Of a stretch of 64,000 bases of DNA, positions 1-8,078 are shown one piece after another. The stretch is from a virus (taxonomy: Duplodnaviria; Caudoviricetes): the IMG/VR virus record IMGVR_UViG_3300005326_000040, positions 1-64,000 of that record; one strand, written 5' to 3'. Each line of letters begins with the position of its first letter. Position 1 is the first letter of the stretch. The position numbers and the translations under genes were made by a program. The notes beneath the pieces were generated by a model. That model ran no database searches, had not been told where the DNA came from, and saw only the letters and a list, made by a program, of their open reading frames with translations.

Positions 1-1
1 G

Positions 2-460
2 TGGTGTTATAAAGAAGTTTTAAAAGTGTTTGTTTTTAAGAGTATGGGTGGAGTTCTTATTATGGGAAGAACTACAGTTTATTCTTTGCCTAAAAATTTG
101 AACGGGCGTCTTGTGATTGGAGTGTCTAATGTTGGCTTTGGAGGAATGGATACAAAGGCTGATATTGTTGTCAAGGATTTAGATGTTGCTCTTCGGGTTG
201 GTTCCTCTTATGCTAAACAGGCGTCCTGTAATTTATGGATTGCTGGTGGAGCATCCATTTATAAGCAATGCTTTGAGATGGGCGTGGTTTCCTATGCGGA
301 AATCACCATCGTACCAGAGGTAGATAGGAAGAACATTGAGCACCCAGTTCTATTTCCTGTTGATGAACTAAAGAAGCTTGAATTGGTAAAGGAAGTTTAC
401 TACCCAAGCGGTTTAGTCGATAAAATTTACAAGTTGAGGACGCATGAAAAAAGTACTTGA
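2..460 (+). CDS. folA: Dihydrofolate reductase, 5'-truncated by window edge
   Basis: Frame is open from base 2 (WCYKEVLKVF...). Motifs LIMGRTT (cf. VIMGRKT) and WIAGGASIYKQ (cf. VIGGAEIYKQ). Confidence 0.75.
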   Translation, partial: WCYKEVLKVFVFKSMGGVLIMGRTTVYSLPKNLNGRLVIGVSNVGFGGMDTKADIVVKDLDVALRVGSSYAKQASCNLWIAGGASIYKQCFEMGVVSYAEITIVPEVDRKNIEHPVLFPVDELKKLELVKEVYYPSGLVDKIYKLRTHEKST

Positions 461-620
461 TGAAAACAACTCTTATTTTCAAATAGAGAAACATGATAAA
501 GATGCAGCCAAGATTGTAGTGTCTATTGCAGATGCTTCTGATTCTGGTAAGGTTGTTATGATTTCTGTTGAGATGGATACGGAAGAGTTCAAAAAGATGG
601 TACAAGAGGTTTGCGGATGA
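444..620 (+). CDS. Small hypothetical protein (58 aa, MKKVLDENNSYFQ...)
   Basis: Hand-translated. Fills the gap between two genes; the stop overlaps the next ATG (ATGA). Confidence 0.6.
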   Translation: MKKVLDENNSYFQIEKHDKDAAKIVVSIADASDSGKVVMISVEMDTEEFKKMVQEVCG

Positions 621-970
621 TTCGATCACTCGGCATTATTGTTGATATTGAGATGGATGCTGGTAGGATGTCAAGGAGTATTTCTTTTGCTCCATCAGAA
701 GAAAGCATTCAAAACGCTTTGGATCTTGCAAAATACGAAGGGAAAGATTGTGATAGCACACATCTTTTTAGAGTTTTGTTTTCCGAATTTCTTTTACAGA
801 AAAACCTTTCTAGTTTAACTTCAAACATAATTGAGTCTATGGACAAAACTCCGTTGATACATCCAACTCAGTTCCCAGAGAGTCATCCACCAGATACCGA
901 TCCTAGTCCAAGCTATCATGGGCCAGAAACTGTTGACAGTGTGGATTATGATGAAGACGGAGAACCGTGA
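611..970 (+). CDS. Hypothetical protein, acidic/Pro-rich C-terminus
   Basis: ORF track; coupled to neighbours; likely start is ATG 617. Confidence 0.6.
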   Translation: MRMIRSLGIIVDIEMDAGRMSRSISFAPSEESIQNALDLAKYEGKDCDSTHLFRVLFSEFLLQKNLSSLTSNIIESMDKTPLIHPTQFPESHPPDTDPSPSYHGPETVDSVDYDEDGEP

Positions 971-1194
971 TGAAACTTAATGATGATGATTTGAAAGCAG
1001 CAAAAGAAGCTTTTGAGCTTTTAGATAATGCCTATCCTTTCTTGCCTCATCAAGAAGGAGATTACTGGTGTGAAGACCCTGACAATGATTCTGTTGTTTT
1101 ACTTTGTCAGAAAAATGGGGCGGTTCGGTTGATGATGTCTAAAGAAGATTATGAAAGCATAAAGGTTTGGGATGATAAACAGAGTGTGAAATAG
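967..1194 (+). CDS. Hypothetical protein
   Basis: ORF track; overlapping start/stop. Confidence 0.6.
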   Translation: MMKLNDDDLKAAKEAFELLDNAYPFLPHQEGDYWCEDPDNDSVVLLCQKNGAVRLMMSKEDYESIKVWDDKQSVK

Positions 1195-1195
1195 T

Positions 1196-1516
1196 ATGAA
1201 ATTAATTGATTTTCTAGAATACAATCAAGTTTATGATATTTTGCGTTTGGGCAATTGTGTGCCAAAATTTATTCCACTAGAGGACTTTGACGATTTTTTT
1301 GAGACACTTTGGTATGATTATTTAGGTCGTGCAAACTATCGCGGTGATATATACAGTATCATTCAGAGTCAATTAGTTAGAACATACGGAAAAGATATAG
1401 TAGATATCGAAGCAGCCAAGCAGGTTGCGAATGAAATTGAGAAGATGCTTCCTGAACCCACGAGCAATTGTTATACGGATGAATGGGTGGAAGCTTGGGA
1501 AGAAGATAACGTTTGA
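1196..1516 (+). CDS. Hypothetical protein
   Basis: ORF track; 1-nt spacing from upstream stop. Confidence 0.6.
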   Translation: MKLIDFLEYNQVYDILRLGNCVPKFIPLEDFDDFFETLWYDYLGRANYRGDIYSIIQSQLVRTYGKDIVDIEAAKQVANEIEKMLPEPTSNCYTDEWVEAWEEDNV

Positions 1517-1521
1517 ATTAT

Positions 1522-1595
1522 TGGGGCGTCGTTCAATTGGCTAGGACGACGGATTTTGATTCCGTTAATTGAGAGTTCGAGTCTCTCCGCCCCTG
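1522..1595 (+). tRNA. tRNA-Gln (anticodon TTG), no encoded CCA
   Basis: Acceptor TGGGGCG/CGCCCCT; anticodon stem ACGGA/TCCGT with loop TTTTGAT; T arm GAGAG-TTCGAGT-CTCTC. Confidence 0.9.
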
Positions 1596-1614
1596 CTAAG
1601 AAAGGAAAAACAAA

Positions 1615-1890
1615 ATGAAGATTCTAAGCAATAAGATTTTGGTTGAAGAGCTAGAGCGTGAGGAGCGAACAGAGGGTGGACTTTACATCGCTCAGACGAC
1701 CGAGGAGTTTGTCAAGCGTGGTAAGGTTATCGATGTTGGTCCTGGCTTCTTGTCGGAGCACGGTATTCTTCCAATGGTTGTTAAGAAGGATGATATCATT
1801 CGCTATAATCCAACAGGGCGAATTGAGATTAAGCTTAATGGTCGGAAGTATTATCTTCTCGGTGAAGAGAGCGCTCTTTTGGTGGAGTAA
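1615..1890 (+). CDS. groES: Co-chaperonin GroES (Cpn10)
   Basis: KILVEELEREERTEGGLYI mobile loop, GKVIDVGPG, VKKDDII, 91 aa; RBS AAGGA upstream. Confidence 0.9.
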   Translation: MKILSNKILVEELEREERTEGGLYIAQTTEEFVKRGKVIDVGPGFLSEHGILPMVVKKDDIIRYNPTGRIEIKLNGRKYYLLGEESALLVE

Positions 1891-1892
1891 CA

Positions 1893-2060
1893 ATGACCGA
1901 AAGAGTTAAGTTTCCCGAATTTGAGTTGGTTGGACCAAAGTGTAAAGAGCCTGGATGCGATGGAGTTCTTGTATTCACGATGGACAAGCAACTTCGACAT
2001 TGTTGGCATCAGTGTTCTAAGTGTAATAAAAAATTTGGGATGAATAAAAATGACGATTGA
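1893..2060 (+). CDS. Small Zn-ribbon-like protein (55 aa; CKEPGC...CSKC)
   Basis: Hand-translated from ATG 2 nt after the groES stop; four spaced Cys. Confidence 0.55.
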   Translation: MTERVKFPEFELVGPKCKEPGCDGVLVFTMDKQLRHCWHQCSKCNKKFGMNKNDD

Positions 2061-2154
2061 GCCTAAAATCATCATTAAATTTCTGGAGATGTCGCGCCAG
2101 ATCAAAAAACTAAAAAAGAAAGTTCGACGCCTCAAGAAACAACTTAAGAAGTAA
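2050..2154 (+). CDS. Very basic 34-aa peptide (MTIEPKIIIKFLEMSRQIKKLKKKVRRLKKQLKK)
   Basis: Hand-translated; overlaps the previous stop and ends just before tRNA-Thr. Confidence 0.45.
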   Translation: MTIEPKIIIKFLEMSRQIKKLKKKVRRLKKQLKK

Positions 2155-2160
2155 AAACAA

Positions 2161-2235
2161 GCTAACGTAGCTCAATGGTAGAGCCCCAGTTTTGTAAACT
2201 GGATGTTGAAGGTTCAAGTCCTTTCGTTAGCTCCA
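2161..2235 (+). tRNA. tRNA-Thr (anticodon TGT) with encoded CCA
   Basis: Acceptor GCTAACG/CGTTAGC + T + CCA; anticodon stem CCAGT/ACTGG with loop TTTGTAA; T loop TTCAAGT. Confidence 0.95.
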
Positions 2236-2253
2236 ATAAACAAAGGATAAAGT

Positions 2254-2763
2254 ATGTCAATCCCTTCCGATGATTGTTGTTGTGCGATGATGCATACTCA
2301 TTCCACAAGAAGGTGTGATTGTGACAACGATTTTGATTGTCCGGATGTATTAGTATTAAGGGGTGGAGATGTTTTTGCTTTACCCATTCGAGATGGTGGG
2401 AATTCTTTTGTTTCGATCAATTATTGTCCTTGGTGTGGTGCAAGGGTACCTAAAATAATTGTTGATGATTTTTTCTTTTTTGGTGCAACAAGCGGGCTTC
2501 CACCAGAGCCATTTGAAGAAGCTTTCTATCTTCAAATTCAAGATTATGAAAAACATAAAGTTGTTTACGCGGTAAAAGCCATTAAGAATGAATTCAACAT
2601 TTCGAATACAGAAGCTTTCCATTGGGTGCGCGATAGTGTTAAGCCCTTTACCATTCCACTAGGACCGTTTCCTCAATCAGAAGCTGAGCAGATGAAACAT
2701 CGTTTATGCCAGAACGGTCTAACTGTTGCATTGGTTTCTGTTCCAGGAGGCGAAAAAGTATAG
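2254..2763 (+). CDS. Cys-rich DUF6980-like N-domain fused to ribosomal bL12 (L7/L12) C-terminal-like domain
   Basis: N-half: CCCAMM...CPD...RDGGNSFVSINYCPWCGARVP. C-half: KVVYAVKAIKNEFNISNTEAFHWV...SEAEQMKHRLCQNGLTVALV, which aligns with the bL12 CTD pattern KVAVIKAVR..GLGLKEAKDLV..DAEALKKALEEAGAEVEV. Confidence 0.55.
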   Translation: MSIPSDDCCCAMMHTHSTRRCDCDNDFDCPDVLVLRGGDVFALPIRDGGNSFVSINYCPWCGARVPKIIVDDFFFFGATSGLPPEPFEEAFYLQIQDYEKHKVVYAVKAIKNEFNISNTEAFHWVRDSVKPFTIPLGPFPQSEAEQMKHRLCQNGLTVALVSVPGGEKV

Positions 2764-2765
2764 CT

Positions 2766-3152
2766 ATGTCAACTGAATATATTATCGAAAACAACAAGAA
2801 AAAAAACTATATCTATGCTACTCGTAGATTTGGTGACGTAGAACCTTCTGATTTGTTTGGAAGCATTCGTGACGTGGCTAGAAAACTTTACAAAAAGCTT
2901 ACACCTTGGTATGCTACATTTGATGTAGATTATTACTGCAAGTATTGTATCTGTCTAGCTGATATGTTTGCTGAGTTTACAGCAGGATGTACACCAGACG
3001 ACATTGAAATTCATCCAGATGATTATTTCCATTATCCAATGGAAGACTGTTGGGCAATGTCATTGTATATGGATGTAAAGGATGTGGATAGGTATATAAA
3101 AGAACATAATCATCTAATGGATCTTTTGGTTCGTTCTTTCATTGAGGAATAA
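2766..3152 (+). CDS. Hypothetical protein
   Basis: ORF track 2706-3152; ATG 2766 just after the upstream stop is the more likely start. Confidence 0.6.
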   Translation: MSTEYIIENNKKKNYIYATRRFGDVEPSDLFGSIRDVARKLYKKLTPWYATFDVDYYCKYCICLADMFAEFTAGCTPDDIEIHPDDYFHYPMEDCWAMSLYMDVKDVDRYIKEHNHLMDLLVRSFIEE

Positions 3153-3503
3153 ATGAGAACAGTAGCTGGAACCATAGCTCTTGTAAACGAACATTTGGAT
3201 TATGTTTTTCTTATTTGCGACTTGCCGGAAAAGCATAAATGGTGCGACAAAAAGCTAAGGGTTTTGTGCAGCAAAAACAGTCGTTTATCTAAACGGAAAA
3301 AGCGGCATGCGCGTGAGCTAATTGAAGCTATTCGTAGCGATTGTCCGATGTTTACTATTGAATCAACCGTATCTTTGCTGCGGAGGTATAAAATAGAAGC
3401 TGAAAACGACTGTATGAATTCTGCAATCTATTTTGCGTCACAACAAATTAAACAACATGAAGATGAATTATGTCTTTTTTATCTCACAGCTGCGTCGGTG
3501 TGA
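3153..3503 (+). CDS. Hypothetical protein
   Basis: ORF track; abuts upstream stop. Confidence 0.55.
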   Translation: MRTVAGTIALVNEHLDYVFLICDLPEKHKWCDKKLRVLCSKNSRLSKRKKRHARELIEAIRSDCPMFTIESTVSLLRRYKIEAENDCMNSAIYFASQQIKQHEDELCLFYLTAASV

Positions 3504-3751
3504 TAATGGAAAGTTTTGATGATAGTATTGAGAAAATTCTTATTCATCCATCTAGTAAAGAAGATTTTATTGCCCTTCTAGGGGAAAAAGTAGAACTAGT
3601 ATTTCAATCTAATCCTTGGTTAGGAGTTCCTGTCCTATCTGATTCTAATTTGTCGTTAAGTATTATTTATGTTATCTTTCGAAATGGAAGCGTGAGATGT
3701 TATGATGTTTTTACGGGGATGTCAATACATCAAAGAAAGACTGAACAATGA
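3470..3751 (+). CDS. Hypothetical protein
   Basis: ORF track; likely start is ATG 3506. Confidence 0.5.
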   Translation: MSFLSHSCVGVIMESFDDSIEKILIHPSSKEDFIALLGEKVELVFQSNPWLGVPVLSDSNLSLSIIYVIFRNGSVRCYDVFTGMSIHQRKTEQ

Positions 3752-4233
3752 ACTTTACTCTTGGCGTTACAGGTCATCGTCCCAATGGTTTGCCCGGAGG
3801 GTACGATGAAACCCATCCGTTTTACACATGGCTTCGAAATGAAATTCGCAATAAGATTTCACAATTGAAACCCTCGGAAATTATTACGGGAATGGCGCTT
3901 GGTGTTGATCAGATTGTTGCTGAGATAGCTATTGAATTGAACATTCCTTTTGTTGCAGCCGTTCCTTTTGAAGGGCAAGAATCGAAGTGGCCACAAAGTT
4001 CAAAGGAAAAATATGATCAGCTTCTTCGGAAAGCTGAAGAGGTTGTAATAGTTTCTGAGGATGGGTATGCTGCCTGGAAGATGCAAAAAAGAAACGAGTG
4101 GATTGTAGATAACTCTGATGCGATTTTAGGTATATGGTCGGGGCTCAAAGGTGGGACTGGCAACTGCCTTGAATACGCTGAAAAGAAAAATAAAACCATT
4201 CATCGAATCAACCCAAATTATTGGGATAAGTAG
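3748..4233 (+). CDS. YspA/DUF1273-type SLOG family protein
   Basis: GVTGHRP, IITGMALGVDQIVAE, AAVPFEGQESKW, MQKRNEWIVDNSD, GGTGNCLEYA are hallmark YspA-SLOG motifs. Confidence 0.9.
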   Translation: MNFTLGVTGHRPNGLPGGYDETHPFYTWLRNEIRNKISQLKPSEIITGMALGVDQIVAEIAIELNIPFVAAVPFEGQESKWPQSSKEKYDQLLRKAEEVVIVSEDGYAAWKMQKRNEWIVDNSDAILGIWSGLKGGTGNCLEYAEKKNKTIHRINPNYWDK

Positions 4234-4241
4234 AGGGTATT

Positions 4242-4457
4242 ATGGGTGACAAGAAAGAACACGATCCTTTGAAATTAGTTTCCGAGTATATGCTTGATGT
4301 AGATGAAGATCAGTTGTATAATGATATTGCGTCTGCTTTGGATTTTTTACCCGCAGATGTAACTCAAAAGATACTTGCTCGACTTTCAGAAAGGTATAAT
4401 GGGCACGCTAGATGGTATCCTGGGCGTGGTAATACAAAATATGGAGTTCCTTTCTGA
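4242..4457 (+). CDS. Hypothetical protein
   Basis: ORF track; RBS-like GAGGG. Confidence 0.55.
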   Translation: MGDKKEHDPLKLVSEYMLDVDEDQLYNDIASALDFLPADVTQKILARLSERYNGHARWYPGRGNTKYGVPF

Positions 4458-4486
4458 AGTTCTATTAATATCTTAAGCTATCTGCA

Positions 4487-5278
4487 ATGGATAGCTCTTC
4501 AATTCAAATTTTTCACGGAGACAACTTAGAAATTCTCAAGACACTTCCTGATGGTTGTGTTGATTTGGTTTATTCTGACCCGCCCTTTGGCACGCAAAAA
4601 AAGCAGCAACGCGTTCTTGTTCAATCTAAAGGAGGCTTTGGAGGAGATAGGGAAGTGATAGGGGAATATGGTTCCTTTGAAGATTCTTTTGATGATTACA
4701 TAGGTTTCATGCGCCCAAGGCTTGAGCAAGCTCATAGAGTTCTCAAACCAACAGGAAGTATTTACATTCATTTGGATTATCATGAAGTTCATTATGTGAA
4801 GGTTTTGATGGATGAAATCTGGGGACGTAAGAATTTCTTGGGAGAAATTATTTGGCAGTACGAATGGGGCGCAAAATCTAAGAGAAAATGGTCGGCTAAG
4901 CATGATAACATCTTGTATTATGCAAAAGACATTAAGAGTTATACTTTCAATTTTGATAAGGTTCCAAGGGTTCCGTATCTTGCTCCTGATTTGGTTGGCC
5001 CAGAAAAAGCAGCTAAAGGAAAGACATGTACTGATGTCTGGTGGCACACTATCGTAGGAACAAACTCCAAAGAGAAACAGAATTACGCCACTCAAAAACC
5101 ATTAGGCATTCTTCGTAGAATAGTAGACGTGTCTTCTAACCCAGGAGATTTGTGTTTGGATTTCTTTGCTGGGAGCGGAAGTTTTGGAGCAGCCTGTCAA
5201 GAACTCGGAAGAAAATGTATTTTGATTGACAATAATCCCCAAGCTATCGATATTATGCGAAAAAGACTTTCACCATGA
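4487..5278 (+). CDS. Site-specific DNA methyltransferase (N6-A/N4-C, beta class), orphan
   Basis: Catalytic motif IV DPPF precedes SAM-binding DFFAGSGS (beta order); also HDNILYYAK and YATQKP. Confidence 0.95.
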   Translation: MDSSSIQIFHGDNLEILKTLPDGCVDLVYSDPPFGTQKKQQRVLVQSKGGFGGDREVIGEYGSFEDSFDDYIGFMRPRLEQAHRVLKPTGSIYIHLDYHEVHYVKVLMDEIWGRKNFLGEIIWQYEWGAKSKRKWSAKHDNILYYAKDIKSYTFNFDKVPRVPYLAPDLVGPEKAAKGKTCTDVWWHTIVGTNSKEKQNYATQKPLGILRRIVDVSSNPGDLCLDFFAGSGSFGAACQELGRKCILIDNNPQAIDIMRKRLSP

Positions 5279-5285
5279 TATATAC
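5277..5285 (+). promoter_or_regulatory. Candidate phage promoter core GATATATA (one of several copies)
   Basis: GATATATAC lies 12 nt upstream of ATG 5298. The same core sits upstream of starts at 27410, 41581, 43455, 43738, 44788 (+) and 20886, 29963, 61949 (-). Confidence 0.45.
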
Positions 5286-5297
5286 TAGAAACAGATC

Positions 5298-5495
5298 ATG
5301 GGTAAGAAATCTCGCAGGAAAATAGTTCCTATAGTCCCCAAGAATTCTCCAGAATATCAAGAGCTTATGCAAATCCGCAAAACTCTTCTGGAAGCTCAAA
5401 AGATGATAGAGGAGGCGAAGGAGAAGCTTCTTGAACAGAATAAGAAGCCAAATGATCAACCAAATTTAATTATCTCGGTGAAAGATGGCGACTAA
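5298..5495 (+). CDS. Small basic/coiled-coil hypothetical protein
   Basis: ORF track. Confidence 0.6.
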   Translation: MGKKSRRKIVPIVPKNSPEYQELMQIRKTLLEAQKMIEEAKEKLLEQNKKPNDQPNLIISVKDGD

Positions 5496-6699
5496 TAATT
5501 CGTTTGATATTATCATAGCGGGCGGTGGAATTGCTGGAGCCTTTGCTGCTTATCGCTTATCGAAACTTACTAGAAACATAAAGATTGGTCTTATTGAATT
5601 TGGTCGCCCGCCAGGGAAAAGACGAAAGCAACTAGAAGGTTGGTTCGGTTGTTTCCCAACAAGTAATTCTCGCCTTTATCAAAATGATATCACTAAGGTC
5701 GAAGCTTTAACGGGTCATCACTGTGACAAAGTTTTTGACAAGCTAAACCATATTCTTGCAGATTTTGGCTCAACCAAGTTTATATCAAGCAAGAAGCCTT
5801 CTGTTACCGCAAAACAAAGAGCAAGTAAATTAGGGTATACATACAATCAGTATGATTATATTCAATGGAAACCAGAGAACGTTCATTTGCTTTCACGATT
5901 CATAGCAGAAGAAATTGAGAAAAACCCAAGCATCCAGTTGATTTTTGATAACGGTATTAATGCTGTAACGAAGAAGAACAAGAAGTTTGTTCTTGAAACG
6001 GAGCAAGGAATTTTCGAAAGTGATAAGTTGATTCTTGCTCTTGGGAGAAGTGGCTGGAGAATCGCTAAGAGTATTTTTGATGGATTCTCTATGATTGAAA
6101 ATGATGATTATGCGTATTATGGGTTTACAGCTGAGATTCCTTCTGTTTACATGAAGGAATGGAGCGGTAGTCATTGTTCGTTTGAGCGAGACAATATGAC
6201 GATTGGGCCGCTATGCTGGAAAGGTACTGTTATTCCTGAGGACCATGTTGACCTTGTTATTTCTTCGTGGCGTTCAAATGAAGAGAGATGGAATTCTGAA
6301 AAAGTATCGTTTTCTGTTACGCGAAAAGATGAGTTCCCAGCAGAAGGTTCTAAACAAACAGAACGATTGGGTAAACTTGCGTTTGTTCTCTCGGACTCTC
6401 GCGTAGGTAGAATTCGTGCATCAGAGTATTTCAATAACAATTTAGAGATATCTTTGGTTCCGGAGTATCACTGGTTGAAGGATGAGATTGAAGCTCTCAA
6501 TGAACTTTTCCCAAGTTATCTTTCTAAGGGCGCAATGTATTTTCCGCATATTGAGCTTGTGCCGCCTGTTATCAATATAAAGTCGGATTTGTCAACCAAA
6601 ATCGACGGGTTATATGTTGCTGGCGAATCCGCTGGAGTGAAGGGCATTCTGAGCGCATGCTTGACCGGATATATAGTCGGTGAATCTGTTGTAAAGTAA
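5485..6699 (+). CDS. FAD-dependent oxidoreductase (COG2509-like, divergent)
   Basis: N-terminal IIIAGGGIAG dinucleotide motif, LILALGRSG, C-terminal TKIDGLYVAGESAG. Confidence 0.8.
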   Translation: MATNNSFDIIIAGGGIAGAFAAYRLSKLTRNIKIGLIEFGRPPGKRRKQLEGWFGCFPTSNSRLYQNDITKVEALTGHHCDKVFDKLNHILADFGSTKFISSKKPSVTAKQRASKLGYTYNQYDYIQWKPENVHLLSRFIAEEIEKNPSIQLIFDNGINAVTKKNKKFVLETEQGIFESDKLILALGRSGWRIAKSIFDGFSMIENDDYAYYGFTAEIPSVYMKEWSGSHCSFERDNMTIGPLCWKGTVIPEDHVDLVISSWRSNEERWNSEKVSFSVTRKDEFPAEGSKQTERLGKLAFVLSDSRVGRIRASEYFNNNLEISLVPEYHWLKDEIEALNELFPSYLSKGAMYFPHIELVPPVINIKSDLSTKIDGLYVAGESAGVKGILSACLTGYIVGESVVK

Positions 6700-6705
6700 G
6701 GTCAT

Positions 6706-7041
6706 ATGAAAGAATTAAACAGAGCTTCCGTGGAATCAGATCTTAATAGACATCACGTTCAGTATGAAGACCCGCTATGGAAAGAGGATGAGGCGGAAAC
6801 TAAAAATCGAGTGATTAGTGTTAAACTTTGTACCACTAAAAATTTAGATTACAAGCTTACTGAATGGAAATTTTTTGACAACGGGAAATTAGCATTTATA
6901 CTAACAGCACAATATATGAGTAAGAAACAGCTAAATTTTCTTCATACTGTTGATGGTGTGCAGTTCTTGATGAAAGTGTATAAGGCGGGAGCTACAAACG
7001 CCAGCAAAATTCGCACTGAACTCAAAAAAACATTATGCTAA
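6706..7041 (+). CDS. Hypothetical protein
   Basis: ORF track. Confidence 0.6.
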   Translation: MKELNRASVESDLNRHHVQYEDPLWKEDEAETKNRVISVKLCTTKNLDYKLTEWKFFDNGKLAFILTAQYMSKKQLNFLHTVDGVQFLMKVYKAGATNASKIRTELKKTLC

Positions 7042-7346
7042 TTAACGTAAATGAGAAAACTCATAAGATTATAGTTTCTGATGGCATTTTCAAGCAAAGC
7101 TTTAACACAGTAGAAACACAAGTTATAGCTGCGCTTGCAGCATATATTCACCGCTTTGGGGAAAATAATCCTGTTCCTTTTGTGCTTGACACTGTTAAGT
7201 CGAGCGAACACTACATTCGCTTTAATACCGGATATAGGATTTTAATTCCAGCAGGCTTGTCAGCAGAACTAGCCAACAGGATGGTTCTCTTCAATTCGCG
7301 GTGGGATTATCCTATGCCCGAAGACATTGAAGCTGACGAAGAATAA
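7035..7346 (+). CDS. Hypothetical protein
   Basis: ORF track. Confidence 0.55.
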   Translation: MLINVNEKTHKIIVSDGIFKQSFNTVETQVIAALAAYIHRFGENNPVPFVLDTVKSSEHYIRFNTGYRILIPAGLSAELANRMVLFNSRWDYPMPEDIEADEE

Positions 7347-8028
7347 GGAACTACTCAACATGTCAACTCGATATATTCCTCTCTTGGATGTAGGAAATGT
7401 GTTGGTTACTGTTAATATGTCTGCCGTATATCATGAGGCTCTGCGGTTGGGTTTGGCGAAGAGCGAATACGAAGCCAAGAAATTGCTTGATTATTGCGAC
7501 AGTTTCTTGAACCTTGGCATGATGGATATGGAGACATTTCTTTTCGGGCATTTTAATTCTGTTCATTTGTCGGGAGGTGAACTCGTTTCATCTTTGCGGG
7601 CCTTTAAAGATTTTTGGGTCGATGGTAATTGGATTTCTCTTAATACAGAAATTCTAGATTATCTATTAGATAACGTTTATCAGTTTGATGATATTGCCCT
7701 CGTGAGTAATATTGGCTTTGATCATTATAAAGTAATTCACGAAATGCATCCATTTTTCAAACATGAACATGTTTCTTGGTTTGCTAGTTGTGAAGTGGGA
7801 GCCCAGAAACCAAGCAAAATATATTATGATTTGCTGATGAGAGGCGCGGATGAAGAAGCAACTTATCTTTTCGTAGATGATCGTGAGATAAATCTCAAAG
7901 CCGCACAAATTAGATTGTGCCATAAATTTGATGTTCAAACATTTCAATTCAATTCCGCCACAGATGATCATCGTCTTTTGATAGATGAATTAGAGGATAT
8001 GATCACCGAACAAAAAAGCATCTTTTAG
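7327..8028 (+). CDS. HAD-superfamily phosphatase
   Basis: Motif I LLDVGNVL, motif II VSN, motif III QKPS, motif IV LFVDDREINL. Confidence 0.85.
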   Translation: MKLTKNKELLNMSTRYIPLLDVGNVLVTVNMSAVYHEALRLGLAKSEYEAKKLLDYCDSFLNLGMMDMETFLFGHFNSVHLSGGELVSSLRAFKDFWVDGNWISLNTEILDYLLDNVYQFDDIALVSNIGFDHYKVIHEMHPFFKHEHVSWFASCEVGAQKPSKIYYDLLMRGADEEATYLFVDDREINLKAAQIRLCHKFDVQTFQFNSATDDHRLLIDELEDMITEQKSIF

Positions 8029-8078
8029 CTGCGATTATTGACTACAGAAACTTCTCCTTATATGGTCGGAGCCAGGAG

